Shown here piece after piece: positions 39,746 to 47,774 of a stretch of 64,000 nt of DNA; within the stretch, counting starts at the first letter, position 1; each line of letters opens with the position of its first letter. Source of the stretch: an uncultured virus (IMG/VR IMGVR_UViG_3300028179_000157). Lineage: Duplodnaviria > Heunggongvirae > Uroviricota > Caudoviricetes. The stretch lies in IMG/VR virus record IMGVR_UViG_3300028179_000157, one strand, 5' to 3'. The translations under genes and the position numbers were made by a program. Under the pieces are notes generated by a model. That model did no database searches. It worked only from the letters and a program-made list of their open reading frames with translations, and was not told the DNA's origin.

Positions 39746-41152
39746 ATGTCGTTGATTGGTGGCTTTACCCAGGCTCCGGAATTCCGCCCGAACCTGAACA
39801 TCGGTGCGTGCCTTGACATTCCGACCGGCAACTATTTCAAAGGCATCCACGATGAGATGATTCTCAACGGTGGCCTGAGCCATACGACCGGCATCGTGGC
39901 GCGTGCGAACATGCACAAGTCCTCGTTGATGCATCACATGTACCTCACGACCCTGGACCGACATCGTTCGGCTGAGGGCAACTCTTATGACACCGAGTAT
40001 TCGCTGGGCAACCCGCGCTTGATGTCGCTGGCCAAGCACATGCCGAACATCGGCGGCCGCAACCTGTTGGCCGAAGGCCGACTGAGCATCACCACGCCTG
40101 CCGAACAGGAAGGTGACGAATGGTTCGAGACCGTTCGTGAGATGATCGAAACCAAGAACAAGAACAAGTCGTTCCGTCAGCTGACCCCGTTCGTGGATTC
40201 GCAGGGACAGCAGATGTCGTTCCTGTACCCGACCCCGATGGAACTGGACAGCATCAGCCAGTTTGAAGTCTCCACGATCACCAAGAAGCGTGAAGACAAC
40301 AACATCGGCGCCAAGGAACAGAACCCGCTGGAAATGCACGCGGCCATGGCCAAGAGCCAGATGGTTCGCCAGATGCCGAAGCTGGCTGCGGCCGGTGGCA
40401 TGTACATCATGATGACTGCCCACGTTGGCGACGTCATCAACATGGATCCGCACAAGCCGGCACCGAAGAAGTTCGCCATGATGAAGGGCGACGCCAAGGT
40501 CAAGGACACCCCGGAAAAGTTCACCTTCCTGCTGAACAACTGCTGGCACATCACCCGTGCACAGCCGCTGATCAACAAGCTCAACGGCACGCCCGAATTC
40601 CCGCGTGGTCCGGACGATGCACTGAAGGGTGACACCGACCTGATGGCCATCTCGATGGTCAACCTGCGTGGCAAGTTCGGTCCGTCCGGTCTTCCGATCG
40701 AACTGCTGTGCTCGCAGTCTGATGGCCTGCTGCCGACCCTGAGCGAGTTCTACTACCTGAAGAACTCCGACGGCTTCGGCCTGGGTGGTCACGACCGCGC
40801 GTACTTCCTGGACCTGCTGCCGGATGTGAAGATGCAGCGCACCACCGTTCGCGGCAAGTGCGGCGAAGACAAGACCTTGCAGCGTGCGATGGAGATCACC
40901 TCCGAACTCTGCCAGCTGGTCAATCTGCGTCACGACTTCGACCGCTCGCTGCTGTGCACCCCGGCGGATCTGTACAAGGATCTGAAGGAGCGCGGCTACG
41001 ATTGGGATGAACTGCTCAACGGTACTCGTGGCTACTGGCTGTTCGAGAACGATGAGAAGATCGAACCCAAGAAGTTCCTCTCCACGGCCGACCTGCTGCG
41101 CATGCGTAAGGGTCTGTACAAGCCGTGGTGGTACGACGGCGCGGCGCGTTAA
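39746..41152 (+). CDS. uvsX: RecA/UvsX-like recombinase (phiKZ type)
   Basis: LDIPTG...NGG....TGI, degenerate Walker A ARANMHKSS, YDTEYS, LDSIS (Walker B), MTAH. Confidence 0.8.
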   Translation: MSLIGGFTQAPEFRPNLNIGACLDIPTGNYFKGIHDEMILNGGLSHTTGIVARANMHKSSLMHHMYLTTLDRHRSAEGNSYDTEYSLGNPRLMSLAKHMPNIGGRNLLAEGRLSITTPAEQEGDEWFETVREMIETKNKNKSFRQLTPFVDSQGQQMSFLYPTPMELDSISQFEVSTITKKREDNNIGAKEQNPLEMHAAMAKSQMVRQMPKLAAAGGMYIMMTAHVGDVINMDPHKPAPKKFAMMKGDAKVKDTPEKFTFLLNNCWHITRAQPLINKLNGTPEFPRGPDDALKGDTDLMAISMVNLRGKFGPSGLPIELLCSQSDGLLPTLSEFYYLKNSDGFGLGGHDRAYFLDLLPDVKMQRTTVRGKCGEDKTLQRAMEITSELCQLVNLRHDFDRSLLCTPADLYKDLKERGYDWDELLNGTRGYWLFENDEKIEPKKFLSTADLLRMRKGLYKPWWYDGAAR

Positions 41153-41176
41153 GCGCCGCTTTCATGAGACAGGACA

Positions 41177-41476
41177 ATGCGTTCACAATTCCCCGAAGTG
41201 GTGGAGAAGCTGATCAAGATCTTTGATCAGCACGGACGGGGGCTGCGCGATGTGCAGCTCCTGCTCAACGACACCTGCCCGGCTGGCTGGAGCCATCTGA
41301 GCAACGAGAGCATCATCGAGGCAGTCAACAAGAACCTGCGCATCAAGCTGGGTCTGTTGGCTGTCGATACCTTCGATGCCCGCGAGTGCCTGATTCAGGA
41401 AGACTCCGTGGGGGACTGGGTTTACGGCTTCAAGACCTACGTGATGCCCGCGCTGGTAAAGCACGAGCTGGTCTGA
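41177..41476 (+). CDS. Hypothetical protein
   Basis: 99-aa ORF with AGGA RBS, TGATG-coupled to the next gene. Confidence 0.6.
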   Translation: MRSQFPEVVEKLIKIFDQHGRGLRDVQLLLNDTCPAGWSHLSNESIIEAVNKNLRIKLGLLAVDTFDARECLIQEDSVGDWVYGFKTYVMPALVKHELV

Positions 41477-41919
41477 TGGTCAACACAAACGAATCGCAAG
41501 CGGACGAGCTGAAGGTCATCGTTGCGGGTAGCCGTGGCTACTCGAACTATGACTTCGTCCAAGCGCACTTGAAGCTTCTGCTCAAGCGTCGCGGAAAGTT
41601 CACCGTGGTCAGTGGCTTGGAAAAGACTGGCCCGGATATGTTAGGCGTTCGATTCGCCAAAGAGAACGACCTGAAAGTTGAAGGCCATGCTCCGGCATGG
41701 GACGACCTGGAAGCTCCGGGCGCGGTGATCAAAACGAATAAGTATGACAAGCAGTACAACGCCAAAGCGGGTATGGACCGCAATCTCGCTATGGCGCAAA
41801 CTGCCAACGTACTGGTCGCTTTCTGGGACGCTAAGTCCCCTGGCACTCGCAACATGATCATGGAAGCGAGGAAGCTGAACCTGGAAGTGATCGTGTTCAT
41901 CGTGAACTTGGAGAAGTAG
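41476..41919 (+). CDS. SLOG family protein (YspA/DUF2493-like)
   Basis: KVIVAGSR, VVSG...GPD..G..FA, AG..RN..MA....LVAFWD.KSPGT..MI. Confidence 0.85.
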   Translation: MVNTNESQADELKVIVAGSRGYSNYDFVQAHLKLLLKRRGKFTVVSGLEKTGPDMLGVRFAKENDLKVEGHAPAWDDLEAPGAVIKTNKYDKQYNAKAGMDRNLAMAQTANVLVAFWDAKSPGTRNMIMEARKLNLEVIVFIVNLEK

Positions 41920-41920
41920 C

Positions 41921-42601
41921 GTGGCGACGAAAAATCGTAAGGCGGCCGTTGACTTTTATGTCGACGTGCTCACTGACATGCTGGGCAGTCGCGAGCAGGC
42001 CCTGTGGCACAAGGAGAACCTCCTCGACCCGATGAGTGATGAGGAGTTCGACTCGCTGATGGCCAAGTATGCCAGTGGCGAAGAGATCGCCCCGATCATC
42101 GTGCCCAACATGACCAACGTCAAGTTGAAGATGGAACGGAATCTGGCCGTGGCCAAGAAGCACGGCATTGCGATCTTCCAGCGCATCGAAATGACCGACG
42201 CCGTTACTGGCGTGACGTTCATCACCCCGAAGGAATACATGGTGGTGGACATGCCCGTGCGTCTGCAGGTGGAGCAGCTGGACAAGAAGATCAAGATCCC
42301 CGAAGACAACAAGCACGTCGATGAACGCACTGGTCAGCCGACTGGTCCGTCCAAGGGCAGCTCGGTGTCCTTCCCGGAACTGCAGGTCATGTCTGCCCAG
42401 GGCTTCAACGCGGCGATCAAGGAACTGCTGCGCTGGCGTGGTGGTGATGAGATTGGCTTCCAAGCCATGAACCGTCAGATCGTGGACAACGGCACCGTGC
42501 GTTTGGAAACGCTCGCTCGACTGCCGACCAAGGTCAAGAGTACCGAAACGCTGGGCGCCTACCTGATGGCTGCTCATCTGGACAACAATCTGAATCTTTG
42601 A
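41921..42601 (+). CDS. rpoB: Virion RNA polymerase beta subunit, C-terminal part (phiKZ gp149-like)
   Basis: RLQVEQLDKKI...D..TGQPTG.SKGS.VSFPELQV....G....IKELL..RGGD matches the beta C-terminal TQQP..G/GEME region. Confidence 0.8.
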   Translation: MATKNRKAAVDFYVDVLTDMLGSREQALWHKENLLDPMSDEEFDSLMAKYASGEEIAPIIVPNMTNVKLKMERNLAVAKKHGIAIFQRIEMTDAVTGVTFITPKEYMVVDMPVRLQVEQLDKKIKIPEDNKHVDERTGQPTGPSKGSSVSFPELQVMSAQGFNAAIKELLRWRGGDEIGFQAMNRQIVDNGTVRLETLARLPTKVKSTETLGAYLMAAHLDNNLNL

Positions 42602-42612
42602 GGTAGCTTTCC

Positions 42613-43146
42613 ATGGAACGCGTGCAATCCTTCGGCGAGAGTGTCAACGCCATCTTCGATGCCGTCTTTGTCAACCAGCTTCGTCTGGCCGGACAGGGGC
42701 GCATGACCGAGAAGTACTTCGGCACCCTGATGGAGCAGCTGGAGGAGTTCGCCCATAACTCGAACGTGGCTCTGCTGCCCAGTGGCGACCAGGCGGTGAT
42801 CGAGCAGTGGGTCGAACTGCGCGCCAACATCGACATGTTCAAGCTGATCATGAACATCACCATGGAGCTGCGCTTCCATCTCAGCTCAGTTGGTCAGTGG
42901 AACGATGTCGTGGGAGCTATCTCCCGTGCGGCAAGTCGGATCGCCCATTCTCCGTGGATTGAGTCGGAGGATCCCAGCTATCGGGCCCACTCCCGCAGTG
43001 AGGAGGAGCTGCTGAAGCTCTTGGACGAGAACCACTGGCTGGTGGCTACCCAGTTGCTGTACTGGTCCTTGCAGCGTGTCATGGGTGACCAGCGTGCCCT
43101 GAAGATCTCCTTCGCGCAGGAACAGGAAGATGAGAACAGCAAGTGA
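42613..43146 (+). CDS. Hypothetical protein
   Basis: 177-aa ORF, GAGG RBS. Confidence 0.65.
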   Translation: MERVQSFGESVNAIFDAVFVNQLRLAGQGRMTEKYFGTLMEQLEEFAHNSNVALLPSGDQAVIEQWVELRANIDMFKLIMNITMELRFHLSSVGQWNDVVGAISRAASRIAHSPWIESEDPSYRAHSRSEEELLKLLDENHWLVATQLLYWSLQRVMGDQRALKISFAQEQEDENSK

Positions 43147-43861
43147 TGATATCCATCACCGCATCCACGTAATGCTGGATGTGCTGCTGGACACCCGGAT
43201 CGCCACTGTGGCAGGGATCAATGGTGAGGCTGCTGCACGGATGCTTGGTAATCCCGAGTATCTGGAGCGCCTCAACGATGACATGGAAGCCATCACCGAA
43301 GGGGCAGTCACCAACGCCGCCTACCGTGATGCCTACGCCAAGCGTGATCTTGTCACCCTGGCCTTGTCTCGTCCCACTGGGGCATTCAAGGCGCTGGATG
43401 ATCTGAAGCGCTCCCTGGCTGCCAACATCCCCAATACTCCCTTCGCCGATGGTTTCGCTTTCGAGATCAACGTCTGGCCTTACCGGATGGACGAAGATGA
43501 GAAGCGCGATGTTGAAACCGCTGTTGCTTACTGGCTCGGTGCGCGAACCAGTATCAAGGTGGTTGACATCCCGATGGCCGACCTGACCCCTTACCGGTTG
43601 TCCGGTGGGTACAGCGCCGTGTTCCTCTACTCGCTGGACGAGTGGGCAAGGCTGCACGGTAAGGAGGCAATGCATACTCCCATTCGTGATGTGACGCTGT
43701 TCTGTCCGCGGCTTTACAAGGACCGGGCGCTCACCATGGAAGAGTGCATCATCGCCCCGGATAGTTCGGCACTGGATCCCTTTGCCGAGACCGTGAACAT
43801 GTGGCGTGACTTTGTGGGCATCGTCTTTTTCCCGGCGGCCGTCTACTCGATCATGTCCTAA
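43130..43861 (+). CDS. Hypothetical protein
   Basis: 243-aa ORF overlapping the upstream gene; N-terminal LDVLLDTR motif. Confidence 0.65.
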   Translation: MRTASDDIHHRIHVMLDVLLDTRIATVAGINGEAAARMLGNPEYLERLNDDMEAITEGAVTNAAYRDAYAKRDLVTLALSRPTGAFKALDDLKRSLAANIPNTPFADGFAFEINVWPYRMDEDEKRDVETAVAYWLGARTSIKVVDIPMADLTPYRLSGGYSAVFLYSLDEWARLHGKEAMHTPIRDVTLFCPRLYKDRALTMEECIIAPDSSALDPFAETVNMWRDFVGIVFFPAAVYSIMS

Positions 43862-43900
43862 CGGCATACAGGCAGGGCGCAAGCCCTGCCTGCTGCTATA
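43862..43900. terminator. Hairpin between convergent genes
   Basis: CGGCATA-CAGGCAGGGC-GCAA-GCCCTGCCTG. Confidence 0.75.
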
Positions 43901-43903
43901 CCC

Positions 43904-44389
43904 TTAATGGGATCCGATCTCTTCTTCGACCGGTGCCTTGACACCCTGTCGCTGCATGCGGGCAGTGAACTCGGAGTAGTTCTCCGACGACACACCCACT
44001 TCAGTTTCACCTTCCACGAACACAGGTTCGGGAAGACGCGATGCGTCCTCGGCCTCGTAGGCCTTGCGACCCTTGGCCGCGTTCTCTTTCAAGAATGGAT
44101 CGGTGGAGCCATCGTCCTTGAACATGCGCACCACTGCGCTTGCCACCAGACGATCGTTCTCTGCACCCTTCTCCTGGATGCCGAGCTTCTTCTTGGTCAG
44201 TGCCGTCTTGTCCATATCCGACAGGGCCTTGAGCACGACCGCCCCGCCTTTCGGATCTGCGGTGAGGTCAACGTCCTTGTCTTTGACCAGTTCGATGCGC
44301 CGTGCCTGGGTGTACTTCAGGATGGCATCGTCGTCACCGGGATCGGATGGCATGTAGCGATCAGCCAGCCGTTTGCTTGGTTCCTGCAT
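43904..44389 (-). CDS. Hypothetical protein
   Basis: 161-aa ORF with GGAG RBS. Confidence 0.7.
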   Translation of the reverse strand: MQEPSKRLADRYMPSDPGDDDAILKYTQARRIELVKDKDVDLTADPKGGAVVLKALSDMDKTALTKKKLGIQEKGAENDRLVASAVVRMFKDDGSTDPFLKENAAKGRKAYEAEDASRLPEPVFVEGETEVGVSSENYSEFTARMQRQGVKAPVEEEIGSH

Positions 44390-44456
44390 AGCTGTTCTCC
44401 ATTGAAAAAAATCACAAGCCTATATCATTCATGGGAAGCTGCATTCAAGAGGTTAC

Positions 44457-44975
44457 ATGAACATCTTCAAAAGTCTTATCCGGAAGCTCGGATTTGGCAG
44501 GCTGCGGGAAGAAGTAGTGAAGGATCGCCTTCAAAAAGAAGCCACGCCGCTGCTGTATCGCAACAAGGAACTCCTGGCTCTGCTGGAACCCTTCGGGAAA
44601 GAAATCCCTCGGTCCGTGCTTCGCCAGACAAAGCTCACCACCCGCATTGATGGGATGGAGGCGCTTATCTCTTCCTTGATGCTGACAGCTCACGGCATTA
44701 AGACTGGCGACGGGTTCCCGCCCTCCGCCGTCGTCTCCATCCAACGCGATCCCGAGTTGCGTTCGTTGGAGGAGTTCCTGGTCACCATGGACGGTCACGT
44801 CCTGAGTGTCAACGAGGCCCTACCGATGCTGCATGAGTTCTACGGTAGGCTGATCAACGCAATCGAAACCAAGAAAGAAAACGAGGGGTACTTTCAGCGC
44901 GTTAACGAGAAGTTGTTGGAGGATGTGGCCGAAGTTGTGGCCGCGTTTAGCTTGATAGCCAGAAAATGGAGTTAA
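44457..44975 (+). CDS. Hypothetical protein
   Basis: 172-aa ORF with GAGG RBS. Confidence 0.65.
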   Translation: MNIFKSLIRKLGFGRLREEVVKDRLQKEATPLLYRNKELLALLEPFGKEIPRSVLRQTKLTTRIDGMEALISSLMLTAHGIKTGDGFPPSAVVSIQRDPELRSLEEFLVTMDGHVLSVNEALPMLHEFYGRLINAIETKKENEGYFQRVNEKLLEDVAEVVAAFSLIARKWS

Positions 44976-45031
44976 TGTCGAAGTGATCGGCATCTTCTGT
45001 TTCACAATGGCCCTGGGAATTCCCGGCAGCC

Positions 45032-45502
45032 ATGACCGATAAAATCAACCGACTGCTATCACTTCCTGACAAAGGAAGAATGAAGGCGGTAGGTGAACTG
45101 ACGCGTCTCTGGCGGGAAGTACTCGCAGAGCGGCAGATCGGTCCGTTACACTGGGGCAAGTTGATGGTAGACCACATCAACAAGTCTCACGGTCGTTCCA
45201 AAACGCATTCCAAACAACGGTCAACCGAGCGTGGCAATCTCAACAGGCAGTTGGCTCAAAACAACCTGTCATGGAGAATGTTCCGGCGTGCGATCCGCTT
45301 CTTGAACCCCAAAAGATCGTGGGTTGAGTTTCATTCGGAATGGGATGAGGGACCGAACACAGTGATCTCCTTGGACATCTACAAACGTCCTGGGGAAAAT
45401 CTCGTGCCGGTTAAACCCTCTGGAGAGAAGTTTGATTTCGGAGAAGAGCTGCAAGATGTCGAGCGAGACCCCCGCAAACGAAACAGTCGCTCCGGTAACT
45501 GA
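45032..45502 (+). CDS. Basic hypothetical protein
   Basis: 156-aa Arg/Lys-rich ORF. Confidence 0.55.
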   Translation: MTDKINRLLSLPDKGRMKAVGELTRLWREVLAERQIGPLHWGKLMVDHINKSHGRSKTHSKQRSTERGNLNRQLAQNNLSWRMFRRAIRFLNPKRSWVEFHSEWDEGPNTVISLDIYKRPGENLVPVKPSGEKFDFGEELQDVERDPRKRNSRSGN

Positions 45503-45959
45503 CGGTGAAGATCACATCAACATCTATACCGGAGGTAAGACCAGGCTAGGTCGTTTGCTGAGTAACCTGGCTCCAGTCGGCTTCATCCACCCTACCCACG
45601 GCAAGTTCGATACCGTGGAAGGGTTCTGGTATTGGGCGCGCTCTGGCTTCATTGAAAAGTACTGGGATGACTTCTCCACCGCAAGCGGCTTTGATGCCAA
45701 GCGGTTGGGTAAGACGCTGCCTCGTGTCGAGGTGGACGACTTCCAGGACCAGATCAAGAAAGTCATCGAACTCAAGATCCGGCAAAATCAAGAGCTGCGC
45801 GAACTGCTGCGAGAGTCGACCCTGCCACTGCGTCACTACTACTGCTACGGTAGTGGGGACAAAGTGAAGGTCATCGATCTGAGCAAGAAATACTCGTGGC
45901 AAATCGAGCACATCGACTCCATCCGAAATGCACTGAAGGGAATTACACGAAATGACTGA
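45456..45959 (+). CDS. NADAR-like (T4 gp30.3-like) protein
   Basis: HINIY....T.LGRLLSNLA...F....G.F.TVEGFWY...SG..AK.LG...KI.QN..L..LL..S.LPL.HY. Confidence 0.65.
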   Translation: MSSETPANETVAPVTDGEDHINIYTGGKTRLGRLLSNLAPVGFIHPTHGKFDTVEGFWYWARSGFIEKYWDDFSTASGFDAKRLGKTLPRVEVDDFQDQIKKVIELKIRQNQELRELLRESTLPLRHYYCYGSGDKVKVIDLSKKYSWQIEHIDSIRNALKGITRND

Positions 45960-46413
45960 GTTCAACCCGAACCGCGAAGGCGTCGACCACATCAACATCA
46001 ACCGCAACGCGCGGTCGGCGTTGGGTCGTCTGCTGCATCCTGCATCCAACCTGCCGTTGAACCATCCCGAGCATGGGAAGTTCGCCTCTCTGGAAAACTT
46101 CCGGATGTGGATCAACACAGGCATGTCGGTGATGCGGCTGCGTCACGTACCGGTGAACCGGGCAATCGAGATCGCCAATACCCTGCCCCGTGGGAACATC
46201 ACCGCCATGGTGCGTGAAGACCTGCTGTGCGAGGGCCTTGGCTTCAAGATCGAGCAGAACGCTGAGTTGGCCTCGCTGCTGCGTGACTGCAAGCTGCCGA
46301 TTGTCGCCTATCACGTCCATCGTGACGGCGAGAACAATCTGGTGGTGAGCAACTACGCCCAGCCGTTGGATTGGATGTTGCAGCATCTGGCACTTCATCG
46401 CCACTGCTGCTAA
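45952..46413 (+). CDS. Second, diverged NADAR-like paralog
   Basis: GVDHININ...LGRLL...HPEHGKFASLENF..W...KIEQN.EL..LLR..KLP aligns with the upstream gene. Confidence 0.6.
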   Translation: MTEFNPNREGVDHININRNARSALGRLLHPASNLPLNHPEHGKFASLENFRMWINTGMSVMRLRHVPVNRAIEIANTLPRGNITAMVREDLLCEGLGFKIEQNAELASLLRDCKLPIVAYHVHRDGENNLVVSNYAQPLDWMLQHLALHRHCC

Positions 46414-46421
46414 GTAACGAT

Positions 46422-46470
46422 GGCCCTCCTCCGCAAGGGGGAGGGTCGTTATGCCTTACTCTTTTTTTTT
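46422..46470 (+). terminator. Hairpin followed by TATGCC and a T-run
   Basis: GGCCCTCCTCC-GCAA-GGGGGAGGGTC-GTTATGCC...T9. Confidence 0.7.
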
Positions 46471-46504
46471 GCCTAGCTTATGACAGTTCCAGGGAATCAC
46501 TGCT

Positions 46505-47734
46505 ATGGCCAAGCGCCTTACCGATACCATTTTCTCCAAGGGCGCCAAAGACAAAATCTTGGTGGCTGATCCGTACAAGATTGCCGATACCGTATCGCGC
46601 AACAACATCGTCTCCAAGTTGGGTGGCTTGGCCGGTGGGCTCACTGGTAAGCTTGGAGCCTTCGGTTCCAAGATTGGAAAGCTGGCTGACGTCAAGGGAA
46701 AGATCTCTGCTGTCAAGAGCAAGATCGACGCAGTCAAGAACTCCTCGGCCCTGAAGGCAATCAAGGGCGGTATTGCCACCGTCAAGAAAGGCGTGGAGAC
46801 TGCCCGTAAGGCTGTCGGCATTGCCAAGAACATGGTCAATGGCGCCAAGCAGATCAAGAAGAATCTGCTCGACGTCAAGAAGAATCTGGCGAGCGATGTC
46901 AAGGCTGGCTTCGCCGGCGGTGCCAAGAACTTCCTGCGCGAGAATGCAGGGTTCATGGGTGATCGTCTGGCCAGCTCTGTCTCGGAGAAAGGCTTCAACT
47001 TCTCCAACCTGAAGGACAGTGTCAAGCAGGATGCGCTCACCAACACCAACCTGCTGAAGAACAACCTGAAGGTCATCTCCAAGGACTCGTTCGGTAACAT
47101 CAGCGTTTCCCGGTTCAAGGATAAGGACGGGCGCGAGTTCATCGATTCGGCCAAGGGTATCAAGGCCATGACCGGTGGCAGCGATGACTCGATCAAGGTC
47201 GTCGACTTGGAAGCTGAGCAGGCTGTTGCCACGGCCACTGGTAAGGACATGGTTGCCTCTGGCATGTCCAACCAACTCAAGGACATGCTGGCCAACATCG
47301 AGCCGGAGAATCGCAAGGAAGTTGTCCTTGGGATCTTCCCTCAGGCAGTGGCAGCCTCTGACCTGACTGCGATCTGGTACATGCTCTCTGTTGTTCCGGG
47401 GAAGGTCATCTGTGCCCGCTATCCGGATGCGGCGGAGATGATCATGCGCAACTACCGCAAGCCGGTGCCGTGCACTCCCGAACAGGAGCAGGCCGAGTGT
47501 GCTGTTCTGCGTGACGTGCTGGGCCTGATGCAGGAGAACTGGTGGTACGCTGATCGCAACGGTACTGCGGTCATTGACATCACTGCTTTCGCTGAGGCCA
47601 GTCCTGACGCCCTGTCGGTCTTCCGATGGGATGAGCGATTCGAAACGGCCATCCTGCTTGCTCCTCTGTTCCCCAACCGGGCGATCAAGGATCAGGTGCT
47701 GGAGTACTACCCGTTTGTACCCGAGTTTGGTTGA
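46505..47734 (+). CDS. Putative virion/baseplate protein with Lys/Ala/Gly-rich N-half
   Basis: 409-aa codon-biased ORF convergent with the baseplate gene. Confidence 0.65.
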   Translation: MAKRLTDTIFSKGAKDKILVADPYKIADTVSRNNIVSKLGGLAGGLTGKLGAFGSKIGKLADVKGKISAVKSKIDAVKNSSALKAIKGGIATVKKGVETARKAVGIAKNMVNGAKQIKKNLLDVKKNLASDVKAGFAGGAKNFLRENAGFMGDRLASSVSEKGFNFSNLKDSVKQDALTNTNLLKNNLKVISKDSFGNISVSRFKDKDGREFIDSAKGIKAMTGGSDDSIKVVDLEAEQAVATATGKDMVASGMSNQLKDMLANIEPENRKEVVLGIFPQAVAASDLTAIWYMLSVVPGKVICARYPDAAEMIMRNYRKPVPCTPEQEQAECAVLRDVLGLMQENWWYADRNGTAVIDITAFAEASPDALSVFRWDERFETAILLAPLFPNRAIKDQVLEYYPFVPEFG

Positions 47735-47773
47735 CGACATAGAGGAGGGGCTTTCGCCCCTCCTCGTATGCCC
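47735..47773. terminator. Bidirectional hairpin between convergent genes
   Basis: CGACATA-GAGGAGGGGC-TTTC-GCCCCTCCTC-GTATGCCC. Confidence 0.8.
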
Positions 47774-47774
47774 T

